A stretch of 64,000 nucleotides of DNA from Candidatus Azotimanducaceae bacterium (lineage in GTDB: Bacteria > Pseudomonadota > Gammaproteobacteria > Pseudomonadales > Azotimanducaceae): positions 1,260,543 through 1,324,542 of the forward strand of contig OZ255839.1 of assembly GCA_965277675.1 (NCBI GenBank). Direction: 5' to 3'. Shown in pieces: positions 38,843-49,148 of the stretch. Within the stretch, counting starts at the first letter, position 1; every line of letters starts with the position of its first letter. The position numbers were made by a program, and so were the translations under genes. Below the pieces are notes generated by a model that worked only from the letters and a program-made list of their open reading frames with translations, did no database searches and was not told where the DNA came from.

Positions 38843-39634
38843 CTAATCACTTTGCTGCACAGGCGCCGCCACTGACCCGGCCAGGAGGCCGCCGTCGATA
38901 GTCAGTTCCGCACCTGTCATGTAGGCAGCCTCATCAGACGCCAACAACACAGCGATGGCGGCAACTTCCTCTGGGTCGCCGAAACGTTTGACCGGCGTAT
39001 CTTTTAGGAACGCCGCCATCTGCGCTTCCCGGTCCGGACCATTACCAAGCATCGGTTCCCACATAGGCGTGAGAATGGCAGCAGGGTGAATAGAGTTACA
39101 TCGAATATTCAGCTGCTGTTCTGCGCAATACAAAGCGACGGTTTTAGTGTGATTACGCACCGCAGCTTTCGACGACGCATAGGCACTTGCGGCGGGTATC
39201 CCAACCAGGCCGGATCTCGACGAGATATTGATAATCGAACCGGACCCACCCTGCCGCATTGCTTTAATAGCGTGTTTGCAGCCAAGGAACACCCCGTCAA
39301 GATTCGTCCGATGCACGGCATGCCAATCCTCAAGCGACGCGTGCTCGGGGTCGTGGGCGACCCATTGATCTTCGAATCCCGTAATGCCGGCATTGTTCAC
39401 AAGAATATCGAGACGCCCGAGTCCTCCCAGCACCCGCAACCAGTCTGCTTCTTCCCTGACATCAAGCGATTGATAGGTTGCGCCCAGTTCTGAGGCGGCT
39501 TGCTGGCCCAGTGCATCGTCAATGTCCGTAATGACCACCGCAGCACCTTCGGCTATGAATGCCCTGGCGATCGCTTCACCAATGCCACGGGCCGCACCGG
39601 TTACCAGTGCTGTTTTGTCTGCCAATCTATCCAT
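38843..39634 (-). CDS. SDR family oxidoreductase (classical, hydroxysteroid/3-oxoacyl reductase-like)
   Basis: [18 protein letters not shown], and the catalytic S...YASSK. Confidence 0.9.
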   Translation of the reverse strand: MDRLADKTALVTGAARGIGEAIARAFIAEGAAVVITDIDDALGQQAASELGATYQSLDVREEADWLRVLGGLGRLDILVNNAGITGFEDQWVAHDPEHASLEDWHAVHRTNLDGVFLGCKHAIKAMRQGGSGSIINISSRSGLVGIPAASAYASSKAAVRNHTKTVALYCAEQQLNIRCNSIHPAAILTPMWEPMLGNGPDREAQMAAFLKDTPVKRFGDPEEVAAIAVLLASDEAAYMTGAELTIDGGLLAGSVAAPVQQSD

Positions 39635-39661
39635 CTTTTCGTTCCCAACCCAACTGAATCA

Positions 39662-41260
39662 CTAGGCTTCAATTGCCGGCAATCGGGCGCGCAACTCGGC
39701 TTTCGCAATCTTCTCGAGCGTTGAACGCGGCAGTTCGTCTACAACAACAACCTGCCGCGGTACTTTGAAATCTGCCAGGTTTTCCTCGCAGTGGGCGATA
39801 ATTTGGTCCGGTAGATCGACGTGGTCACCCGGCGCTGGTATCACAAACACGACCGGCACCTCGTCCAGCATATAGTGCTTTTGGGCGACCACAGCACATT
39901 CACTGACCAGCCCGGTCTGGTTAATGACGCTTTCAATCTCGGATGCCGCAACATTCTCTGCACCCACCTTCAACATATCCTTGTCCCGGTCACTGAAGAA
40001 CAAATCACCATGTTCGCCCATGTAGACGATATCGCCCGTGTCAAACCAGCCACGGTCATCAAACGCCGACTCATTGGCCTCGGGGTTGCGGTAGTATTCC
40101 TTAAAGAGTGAAACACCCCGAACACCTCTGATATGCAAAATACCGCGCTCTCCGGGTGCTGCTGGCGAGCCGTCCTTACGCCGAATTTCAATGTCGTATT
40201 CCGGCGCCACTCTACCCATACTGCCTGGCGCACCGCGATGGTGAAGATCTGAAATGATTCCCTGGGTCAGGACCTCCGTCATGCCCCACCAGCCGATGAT
40301 ATCCACGTTAAACGCCTGCTCCAGCATCGGCAGATGCGCACCTACCCCCCAGATTCTGTAATGGTGATCCGGCACAGGCTGATCCATCACAGCTTTAAGC
40401 GTAAACGGAATGGTCGACAGCCAGGTCAGGGCATATTTCATGGAGAGTTCCCAGAACCGGGAGGCCGAGAATTTTGGCTGGAGCACAAAGGTACCGCCGC
40501 TCCAAACGGTCGGCAACATACACCACCCCTGGGCATTTGTATGAAACATCGGTAGAAACACGAGCGTGCTGTCATCACGGCGCAGACCTAAATGATCTGA
40601 ACCTGCTCTGGCAGCCCAGAGCCCATTGGCATGGGTCCACAGAACGGCCTTGGGCCGCGAAGTGGTGCCACTGGTAAACTGAACAGACAAATTCAGCCTG
40701 GGCTCAGGCGGGCGCAGTGCGATGGCCTGGTCTGCATAGATGTCATCGAATGGCAAATATGTATGTTCCCCGGGCAGGCTTGCCGCTTCGCCCGCATCGT
40801 TGTGCGTACCGATGACAAATCGTAATTCCTTGCACGCGGAACTGATCATCCCTGCATACAGTGGTTGGGTGATCGCACAGACCGCAGCGGTATGTTCGGA
40901 AAAGTACTCAAGGTCACGTGCGACACAGCGCGTGTTGGTTGATACGGCGACAGCGCCCAGATAGGCGCAGGCAAACCAGGCCGTCATAAACTCAGGGCTG
41001 TTATCCAGATGAATGATGACAAAGTCGCCTTTACCGATACCCCGGTCCGATAAACCCTGGGCAAAACAGCGCGCTTGCTGGGCAAATGACTGATAGGTCC
41101 AGGAAACTGCCTCGCCGGTGAAGGGTTCCCACACCATCATGGTCTTGTCGGGGGTGTTGGTTGCCCATTGCTCGAGCATCCAGGGGATATCCTGGCCTGC
41201 AAACCCTGCGATCTTACTTCTTGATATTTCCTCGCTCAGTGTCAAATCAACGTGACTCAC
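39662..41260 (-). CDS. AMP-dependent acyl-CoA ligase (CaiC-like)
   Basis: VQFTSGTTSRPKAV core motif, GWFDTGD and a C-terminal LEKIAK. GTG start overlapping the upstream stop (GTGA). Confidence 0.9.
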   Translation of the reverse strand: MSHVDLTLSEEISRSKIAGFAGQDIPWMLEQWATNTPDKTMMVWEPFTGEAVSWTYQSFAQQARCFAQGLSDRGIGKGDFVIIHLDNSPEFMTAWFACAYLGAVAVSTNTRCVARDLEYFSEHTAAVCAITQPLYAGMISSACKELRFVIGTHNDAGEAASLPGEHTYLPFDDIYADQAIALRPPEPRLNLSVQFTSGTTSRPKAVLWTHANGLWAARAGSDHLGLRRDDSTLVFLPMFHTNAQGWCMLPTVWSGGTFVLQPKFSASRFWELSMKYALTWLSTIPFTLKAVMDQPVPDHHYRIWGVGAHLPMLEQAFNVDIIGWWGMTEVLTQGIISDLHHRGAPGSMGRVAPEYDIEIRRKDGSPAAPGERGILHIRGVRGVSLFKEYYRNPEANESAFDDRGWFDTGDIVYMGEHGDLFFSDRDKDMLKVGAENVAASEIESVINQTGLVSECAVVAQKHYMLDEVPVVFVIPAPGDHVDLPDQIIAHCEENLADFKVPRQVVVVDELPRSTLEKIAKAELRARLPAIEA

Positions 41261-41754
41261 TCGTCGTTACCCTCCTGTCCGGACTGAAAGTCCCGATCCG
41301 CCTTCTTGCCACGGTAGACACGCATATCTATCGCACGCCACACCGACGGTTTGATGCGGAATAAAAGACGCGGTTCAGTCCGCATATTGTCAAAGAATTT
41401 ATCAACGGCAGCAGCATTGGCAGGATCTTTTTTACCCACATACTTTTCCGCGAGCCTGCGTGACATCGGCCAGATATCGAAGTTCGGCAGGGTCAGGGAT
41501 TCAGCATGACCATCAACGGCAATAAATCCGGGCACTGGCGCCAGTGCTTCAATACAAAGCGAGCAGCGATTATCGTTTTTGAGTTGCTTGCACCAGACTC
41601 GATTTGAGGTTCCTGTAATCCAGAAATATTCCTCGTCATACAGCCACCACACAGGAACCGAGTAGGGCATACCATCACGCCTTAGCGAGGCGATAACGCC
41701 GATATGAGGTTGTTCCAGGAATTCTTCGACCGTGTCCTGTTTCATTCTGGGCAT
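41257..41754 (-). CDS. Pyridoxamine-5'-phosphate-oxidase-like (split-barrel flavin/deazaflavin) protein
   Basis: ATG at 41754. HIGVIASLRRDGMPYSVPVWWLYD is the typical PPOX-class N-terminal strand pair. Confidence 0.65.
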   Translation of the reverse strand: MPRMKQDTVEEFLEQPHIGVIASLRRDGMPYSVPVWWLYDEEYFWITGTSNRVWCKQLKNDNRCSLCIEALAPVPGFIAVDGHAESLTLPNFDIWPMSRRLAEKYVGKKDPANAAAVDKFFDNMRTEPRLLFRIKPSVWRAIDMRVYRGKKADRDFQSGQEGNDE

Positions 41755-41901
41755 GCTGGTTTCCGTTCGATAGCTAACACCGTGACAGGGCAAAGGATAC
41801 CAAATCGGGGAGTGAAATCCGGTGCGGACACTCGGAATCGAGATCAAATCGATCTGATGGGAGGCTGACCTGGAAGTGGCGAGAAAAAAGTTACTTCCTG
41901 G

Positions 41902-42705
41902 CTATTGCCGCCACAGTCTGACTTCGGGCGGCAGATCTTCATTATGGGTACGGTGAGCATTGATATCGATGCCACCTCGCCTGGTATAGCGCGCTGAAAC
42001 CGCGAGTCTTTCAGGCGCGCAGCGATTCATAATGTCGACAAAAATTCGCTCGGTGACCTGTTCTGCAAACTCGGCATGTTCACGATAAGACACCAGATAC
42101 TTGAGCAATCCTTCATGACTGATGCTGTTACCGTTGTACTGAATCAGAATGCTGGCAAAGTCCGGCTGCCCGGTCATTGGGCAAAGTGATTTAAACAGAT
42201 GCGAGTAAACGGACTCACGCACAACCGTCGAGCTTTCGAGCTTCAGGAACTCAGGATTCCAGTAGTACTCGTTAATATCGACATCCAGCAGGTCCAGGTT
42301 GGTACCAATAAACTGGCCCATACCTTCATGTTGCACCTGTTCCGGTGTCAGCAGAGCCACGCCAACGGCCGCCTGTACCGCCAGGGTCAGGTCGGATTCC
42401 AACGTTGATACGACCTCATTTCGATGACCGAAAGGCGTATTGCTGTAGGAACCAAGGTAAAACTTGAGAGACTTGGATTCGATCAGATGAGAGGACTTAC
42501 CCGGCACCTGCAACTGCGCGACGGCCACTTCAGGCTTACCCTTGGCATTGAGCCAGGAAAACTCGTACGCATTCCAGATATCCAACCCCTTAAATGGCAA
42601 CGCGCCTGCTGCAATGCCCAGCGTTTGCCGTTGATTCTGTCGGGGAATAGATTCCAATAGTGACGGCGTATACATCGTCACGTATTCCTGTTTATCGTTC
42701 GCCAT
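41902..42705 (-). CDS. queF: NADPH-dependent 7-cyano-7-deazaguanine reductase, two-domain type
   Basis: DIWNAYEFSWLNAKGKPEVAV, LIESKSLKFYLGSY, CPMTGQPDFASILIQY and ARYTRRGGIDINAHR are collinear with E. coli QueF. Confidence 0.9.
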   Translation of the reverse strand: MANDKQEYVTMYTPSLLESIPRQNQRQTLGIAAGALPFKGLDIWNAYEFSWLNAKGKPEVAVAQLQVPGKSSHLIESKSLKFYLGSYSNTPFGHRNEVVSTLESDLTLAVQAAVGVALLTPEQVQHEGMGQFIGTNLDLLDVDINEYYWNPEFLKLESSTVVRESVYSHLFKSLCPMTGQPDFASILIQYNGNSISHEGLLKYLVSYREHAEFAEQVTERIFVDIMNRCAPERLAVSARYTRRGGIDINAHRTHNEDLPPEVRLWRQ

Positions 42706-42881
42706 GTAACTGAGCCCAAAAAAAAGCTGGTCGGTAACCTGCTGCGCAGTTCACGCTAGACCGTTCGGTTTGTCAATATTTTGTGATCACTGGGCGATGA
42801 ATCGGGATGACCGGTCGTATACCGTAAGGTTGCACTTGGCGAAAATTGCGATACAGTCACCCGCTTTTACGCGGAAGCAGC

Positions 42882-44906
42882 ATGGCAGCCAAACTTCTAA
42901 GGGCACTGATCATCGCATGGGTTATCACCCCTGCTTTTGCTGCCGACATCAACGAGATTGTCGTTGTGGCAACCAAGAGTGAGCAACGCCTCAGGGATAC
43001 GACCAACAGCATAGGCATTGTTGATCAGCAAGCGCTCGCCAGGATCAGCCATACGCACATCAACGAGGCGCTGCAGCGGGTCCCTGGCGTTTGGATTTCT
43101 CGCGGCAACGGTCAGGAACATCTGACGGCCATCCGCTCGCCCGTACTCACCGGCGCTGGCAGCTGTGGCGCTTTTGTTATGGCACAGGACGGCATATCGC
43201 TGCGCTCCCCGGGTTTCTGTAACGTCAACGAACTGTTTGAGTCCGCGTCCGAAATGGCAGATCGTGTTGAGGTCAGCCGCGGACCCGCTTCGTCCATCTA
43301 CGGCAGCAACGCACTGCACGGGGTGGTTAACGTCCGCACCGCCGGACCTGTCCCCGACCTGAAGCGCATCTCTGTTGAAGCGGGGCCCTACCAGTATTAT
43401 CGCGGCAAAGCCTCCTACTCCACGGAAACGGTGAGAGTCGACATTTCTGGCACAACAGATGGCGGCTACAAGGATGATTCCGGCTTTGATCAGCAGAAGC
43501 TGATCATCAAGCACAAGGCAAAGACGCAACACCGCGATATCGTTACCACTTTCAGCTACACCAACCTGAATCAGGAAACAGCAGGTTTCATCCGCGGAGA
43601 TGAGGTCTACAAGGATAGCGGCCAAAAACGCGACAATCCCAACCCGGAAGCTTATCGCGATGCCAGAAGTTTCAGGCTGATGTCAGAGATCGCCCAGGAC
43701 TTCCAGAATGGCACACTGATCGCTAAGCCCTATCTGCGGTCTGTCGACATGGCATTCCTGCAACATTTTTTACCCGGCCAACCACTCGAGGAAAACGGTC
43801 ACGACAGTCTTGGTTTGTCACTGCTCTGGGAAAGCGAAATCGGGTGGCAATTCGGTTTCGAGGTCGAGTATACCGAGGGGTTCCTTGAGGAGACTCAGGA
43901 TAATCCCACCGAAGGTAGCGCCTTTCTGATGGCAACAATCCCCGCAGGCAAACACTACGACTATGATGTGAACGCAACCATGGCCGGCATGTTCATGGCG
44001 TTTGATCAGGCTGTAACCGAGCGCCTCAGTCTCCTTGGCAGCCTGCGATATCAATACACTGCCTATGACTACAACAATCAAATGCTTGATGGCAGGACCA
44101 GAGATGATGGCACGCCATGCGGGTTTGGCGGCTGTCGCTTTAGTCGGCCTGCGGACAGAGAAGACAGCTTTAACAATTGGTCCCCACGACTCGGATTCAT
44201 CTATGATCTGACAACCGACCATCAGTTTTTCGGTTCCGCAAGCCAGGGCTTTCGTGCCCCACAAACCACCGAGCTATATCGCCTGCAAAACACACAGACC
44301 GTCGCTGACATCGACCCTGTACAGCTGGATGCTCTGGAGCTGGGTTTCCGTGGCAATGGAGAACGTGTCAACTACGTCGTCAGCCTGTTCTCCATGGACA
44401 AGGACAACTTCATCTTTCGCGACACAACGCGCAGTAACATCGACAACGGTGAAACCAGCCATCGCGGGATAGAACTCGATGTGACCTGGGCATTGCTGGA
44501 CACACTGACAGCAAATCTGGCATTCACTTACGCTGAGCACCAATACGAAAACAATCCAGCGCTCAGTGTTACCCCGGTTAAAGGGAATACCATTGACACC
44601 GCCCCGGAGACCCTCGGTTCAGCAACGCTGGTCTGGCAACCTTCTGACGCGCACACCCTGGAAGTCGAATGGGTGCATATCGGTGAATATTTTGAAGATC
44701 CGCAAAATCTAAACACTTACGAAGGACACGACCTGTTTCATTTGCGCGGCGAATGGCTTGTGAGCGACAACACGCGCCTATTTTATCGCCTGATGAACCT
44801 GACGGACCGAGACTACGCCGAACGGGCTGACTTCGCCTTTGGTTCTGATCGCTACTTTGTGGGTATGCCCCGGAGCTTCTTTTTCGGCGTATCGGTCACG
44901 CTTTGA
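42882..44906 (+). CDS. TonB-dependent outer-membrane receptor
   Basis: ATG at 42882 gives the signal peptide MAAKLLRALIIAWVITPAFA. Plug-domain IVVVATKSEQRLRDTTNSIGIVD and SRGPASSIYGSNALHGVVNV. Barrel-like C-terminus. Confidence 0.9.
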   Translation: MAAKLLRALIIAWVITPAFAADINEIVVVATKSEQRLRDTTNSIGIVDQQALARISHTHINEALQRVPGVWISRGNGQEHLTAIRSPVLTGAGSCGAFVMAQDGISLRSPGFCNVNELFESASEMADRVEVSRGPASSIYGSNALHGVVNVRTAGPVPDLKRISVEAGPYQYYRGKASYSTETVRVDISGTTDGGYKDDSGFDQQKLIIKHKAKTQHRDIVTTFSYTNLNQETAGFIRGDEVYKDSGQKRDNPNPEAYRDARSFRLMSEIAQDFQNGTLIAKPYLRSVDMAFLQHFLPGQPLEENGHDSLGLSLLWESEIGWQFGFEVEYTEGFLEETQDNPTEGSAFLMATIPAGKHYDYDVNATMAGMFMAFDQAVTERLSLLGSLRYQYTAYDYNNQMLDGRTRDDGTPCGFGGCRFSRPADREDSFNNWSPRLGFIYDLTTDHQFFGSASQGFRAPQTTELYRLQNTQTVADIDPVQLDALELGFRGNGERVNYVVSLFSMDKDNFIFRDTTRSNIDNGETSHRGIELDVTWALLDTLTANLAFTYAEHQYENNPALSVTPVKGNTIDTAPETLGSATLVWQPSDAHTLEVEWVHIGEYFEDPQNLNTYEGHDLFHLRGEWLVSDNTRLFYRLMNLTDRDYAERADFAFGSDRYFVGMPRSFFFGVSVTL

Positions 44907-46085
<1,179 letters not shown>

Positions 46086-46090
46086 AGCCA

Positions 46091-46660
46091 ATGTGTCGCC
46101 TGACATCTTTATTGATACTCGCCGCGATGGCCTTTGGGACACAGGCTGATACTGTGACCTACCGTGTGTTTGGCAGTTTCATGAAAGCCGACAACGCCCA
46201 TGGATTTGCAGAGCAATTGCAGCAGGAAGGTGTTGAGGCCGCTGTGCGCTTCAGTGAACCCCATGGCGTGTTTCGGGTTATTGCCAATGCCCATGGCATC
46301 CCGGAAACAGCACTGGCAGCGCACGAAAGCTGGCTGCTATCGTTGTCAGAAACACGGCCATCGACAATAACGCCCGCCATCACCGAAATAGCGCCGACAT
46401 CAATCGATCCTGCAACAATCATCATCGAAGCGCCACCATCAGCCCCGCTGTTTCCAGCACTTGAGCCCGAAGAGTCTCTCAGCGCCTATTGCCAGCGGCT
46501 GCCTGCCTCAGAACTTTGCCAACACCCGAGAATCCAGCATGCGCTGGAGACGGACAAAAAGCTCGCACCAACCCGGGAGCTACTGCAGGGCGTCTGTGAA
46601 CGAATCACTCACCCGCAGTGGCACCAGACCTGTCTTGAGCTACATGCCGATGCCGGATAG
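46091..46660 (+). CDS. Secreted protein with N-terminal SPOR-like domain
   Basis: Signal peptide MCRLTSLLILAAMAFGTQA, then YRVFGSFMKADNAHGFAEQLQQEGVEAAVRF...GVFRVIA, which fits the SPOR beta-alpha-beta pattern. Confidence 0.5.
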   Translation: MCRLTSLLILAAMAFGTQADTVTYRVFGSFMKADNAHGFAEQLQQEGVEAAVRFSEPHGVFRVIANAHGIPETALAAHESWLLSLSETRPSTITPAITEIAPTSIDPATIIIEAPPSAPLFPALEPEESLSAYCQRLPASELCQHPRIQHALETDKKLAPTRELLQGVCERITHPQWHQTCLELHADAG

Positions 46661-46711
46661 CGCGGTTTAAACGCGCCTGACATAGAATTTAAAGTAAAGG
46701 CGCCGTTAAGC

Positions 46712-46747
46712 TTGACGAATCTACGGCAGCCCCCTAGAATTCGCGCC
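46712..46747 (+). promoter_or_regulatory. Sigma-70 stable-RNA promoter for tRNA-Glu
   Basis: TTGACG (46712-46717), a 17-nt spacer, TAGAAT (46735-46740), then the GC-rich discriminator tcgcgcc. tRNA 5' end at 46759. Confidence 0.6.
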
Positions 46748-46758
46748 TTCATTGCAGT

Positions 46759-46834
<76 letters not shown>

Positions 46835-46936
46835 CAATGATTCACAAAACCACTAAAGACGGCGTAAACTCTGTTTTTAGCGTGACAAGCGATATCAATC
46901 TGTCCAACGAGATCGCAAGCACTGTCAGACGCGTCT

Positions 46937-47185
<249 letters not shown>

Positions 47186-47204
47186 ATAGATGACGTCAGT
47201 TATC

Positions 47205-47280
47205 GCGGGTATAGCTCAGTTGGTAGAGCGCGACCTTGCCAAGGTCGAGGCCACCGGTTCGAACCCGGTTACCCGCTCCA
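47205..47280 (+). tRNA. tRNA-Gly (anticodon GCC), CCA encoded
   Basis: gcgggtatagctcagttggtagagcgcgaccttgccaaggtcgaggccaccggttcgaacccggttacccgctcca. Acceptor gcgggta/tacccgc and anticodon loop ttGCCaa. Confidence 0.95.
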
Positions 47281-47284
47281 ACTC

Positions 47285-47318
47285 AATCGAGACTCAATCT
47301 ACGTTCGATTTTTGAGTC
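47285..47318 (+). terminator. Weak stem-loop plus T-run after tRNA-Gly
   Basis: aatcga...tcgatt followed by ttttt; alternative pairing gactcaa...ttgagtc. Confidence 0.35.
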
Positions 47319-47414
47319 AGCACGCTTTCAACCGGTTACAAAACTCCGCAAGCTTCCAGGTCAACCGAAGTGCATTTGCAGCACTGTGAGCTGGATTTCG
47401 ATGATAAGTGCCTC

Positions 47415-47723
47415 CTAGTCTGAATCTCCGTAGCACTTAAGCGGCAGAAACCTGACGATGATTTGATCGAAAAACGCAGCGTAGATAACCAGAAGCACTG
47501 TGCACCCGTAGCCGATAACGTCGAAATCAGCGCCAAACGCGAGCGTTAAAGACAGGGCCAACAACAGCGGAATGCCAATCCACCAGACAATGTCTATTTC
47601 GATCAAACGGTGACAATAGCTACAACGCGAGCCTTTACCAAGTTCAGCAATCTGAACCTTTCCATGTTCACATAACGGACAGCGTCTTTGTTTTTGTCTT
47701 TGTTTTTGTTTTTGTTCAAGCAT
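47415..47723 (-). CDS. Zinc-ribbon two-TM membrane protein, candidate immunity protein
   Basis: MLEQKQKQRQKQRR, then CPLCEH...CSYCH, then two hydrophobic helices. Lies 42 nt downstream of the double-glycine peptide gene on the same strand. Confidence 0.5.
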   Translation of the reverse strand: MLEQKQKQRQKQRRCPLCEHGKVQIAELGKGSRCSYCHRLIEIDIVWWIGIPLLLALSLTLAFGADFDVIGYGCTVLLVIYAAFFDQIIVRFLPLKCYGDSD

Positions 47724-47735
47724 GGCTAAAACGAC

Positions 47736-47752
47736 CGGGCCTTACGGGCCCG
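47736..47752 (-). terminator. GC stem-loop between the peptide gene and the downstream membrane-protein gene (possible attenuator)
   Basis: cgggcc-ttacg-ggcccg. On the minus strand it is followed by gtcgTTTT, 4 nt after the stem. Confidence 0.4.
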
Positions 47753-47765
47753 ATCATAAAACAAT

Positions 47766-47957
47766 TTAGTTACTTTTGAAGGACGCGGCAGCAGAATAAA
47801 CCCCATAGGCAGACATTGAGCGCGTAAACAGATACCCACCAACGCTTCTTACGCCGGCATGGCCCGCGAACGAACCAATAGCAGCCAAAACTGGCAATAT
47901 TCCACCGCTTGCGGCATGCATTTCATCTTCAGATAATTCCCTGATTGTTGTTTGCAT
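47766..47957 (-). CDS. Double-glycine-leader peptide precursor (class II microcin/bacteriocin-like)
   Basis: MQTTIRELSEDEMHAASGG | ILPVLAAIGSFAGHAGVRSVGGYLFTRSMSAYGVYSAAASFKSN. The leader fits LSxxELxxIxGG, with hydrophobics at -4, -7, -12 and -15, E at -8 and S at -11. AGGAG sits 6 nt before the ATG. The 44-aa core is Gly/Ala/Ser-rich and has no cysteine. Confidence 0.65.
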   Translation of the reverse strand: MQTTIRELSEDEMHAASGGILPVLAAIGSFAGHAGVRSVGGYLFTRSMSAYGVYSAAASFKSN

Positions 47958-48166
47958 AACTGTCTCCTTAGTTTTTAGTTGACCGATTGACTAACCGGTA
48001 ATCGATTAGATACCTCGATGCAACGGCTCAGAAAGCGTTAGTGTCTCTATTGACCGAAGGATAAGCAGGCAACGTCACGTGAGATCTCACTGGCATGGGC
48101 CCAAGGAGCCATCAATTTCGGTCGGAAAACTTCGAGCATCGTATGGCGCTTATGGAAATCGCCCTT

Positions 48167-48460
48167 TTACGATGTTTTTTGCTTTTTCACCCAGCCAACA
48201 TGATGTGCCACTCGCGGATCGCCTTTCAGCTGTTCCAGTGAATGGTAGTGCTTTGCCAGTGACATCTCGTCATGGAGTTTATGAACGCCGCGATGGCATA
48301 GCCGACAGAGATAAACACCACGATTAAGCGCTTCTCTGGCGTAGTGTTTCCTGAAGTGCACACGGCGATGTACCTTGCGTGGAATTAAATGGTGGAACTG
48401 CAGGGGCACACGACGTTCGCAAAGTGCACAAGCTGCATCGGCTGGCGGTTTAGCCGGCAT
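48167..48460 (-). CDS. Small HNH-nuclease-family protein
   Basis: ATG at 48460 sits 1 nt after the upstream stop (TGAAATG). CALCERR...FHHLIPRKVH...CRLCHRGVH gives the CxxC / HH / CxxCH zinc-finger HNH layout. 97 aa. Confidence 0.7.
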   Translation of the reverse strand: MPAKPPADAACALCERRVPLQFHHLIPRKVHRRVHFRKHYAREALNRGVYLCRLCHRGVHKLHDEMSLAKHYHSLEQLKGDPRVAHHVGWVKKQKTS

Positions 48461-48461
48461 T

Positions 48462-49148
48462 TCAGGCTGCCAGGCGGTCCGCAATAATCCTGAAAACGTC
48501 GGCTGAATAGCCAAGACCAATATGGCTGGCAGTGACTTCCACGTGGTCAACCCCGTCGGAAACTTCGTCAATGCAGGCTTCCCAGGCGACGACACCGTCT
48601 CGTTTGGAATAGATCGCGGTCACAGGGACTTTTAGCGGCGTGGCGTAACGTGCATCCACCTCCCGCTCGATCTCATCCAGATCCATGCCCCTGGCCCGAA
48701 AAACCTCAGCCACGCGAGTGTATTTGGGGCCACCCACGACCGGGCTTCCCATGGTAATCACAGAATTCACAAATTCAGGCAGTTCGCGGGCTACCTCGCG
48801 GGCGATATAGCCCCCCAGGCTCCAGCCAATAAGATCCACCTTGGCGGCCACGGTGGCTGATTCGCGCATCGTCAGGCTCTTCATTTCTTCCAGTAAAGCC
48901 ATGACCTCGCCATCATTGGCCCCACGATTCCAACCGCGAACGTTATAGCCGAGCGACCCAAGATACTGTCGAAGCGGTAACGTCGAAAGATCACCTGCGC
49001 CAAAACCCGGCATCACAATCACAGTTCTGCCATCGCCCCTGGCGCCTCGCATTAACAAGGGCGCAGACAACAACAGCCTGGGGAACTCTGCCCAGCTGAA
49101 CAGCTCGGCAACCACCTTCTCATTTGACGGAATCCGGTAATTTCGCAT
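48462..49148 (-). CDS. Alpha/beta hydrolase (lipase/esterase-like)
   Basis: VIVMPGFG and the nucleophile elbow DLIGWSLGGYIA. Confidence 0.8.
   Translation of the reverse strand: MRNYRIPSNEKVVAELFSWAEFPRLLLSAPLLMRGARGDGRTVIVMPGFGAGDLSTLPLRQYLGSLGYNVRGWNRGANDGEVMALLEEMKSLTMRESATVAAKVDLIGWSLGGYIAREVARELPEFVNSVITMGSPVVGGPKYTRVAEVFRARGMDLDEIEREVDARYATPLKVPVTAIYSKRDGVVAWEACIDEVSDGVDHVEVTASHIGLGYSADVFRIIADRLAA

Noticed and set aside
42706-42881. Riboswitch (cobalamin/TPP) or Fur/Zur box upstream of the TonB-dependent receptor
   Set aside because: I could not find the B12-box, the TPP CUGAGA/ACCUGAUCUGGAUAAUGCCAGCG core, or a convincing GATAATGATAATCATTATC-like box. Only a weak AT-rich stretch tcaatattttgtgatcac is present.
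42897-43625. 242-aa ORF antisense to the TonB-dependent receptor
   Set aside because: It is a shadow ORF. The sense strand has the signal peptide, plug and barrel.
47958-48166. Second small peptide gene (two-peptide bacteriocin) in the gap upstream of the GG-leader ORF
   Set aside because: The only minus-strand ORF there (MLEVFRPKLMAPWAHASEISRDVACLSFGQ) has no double-glycine leader, no RBS and no hydrophobic core.
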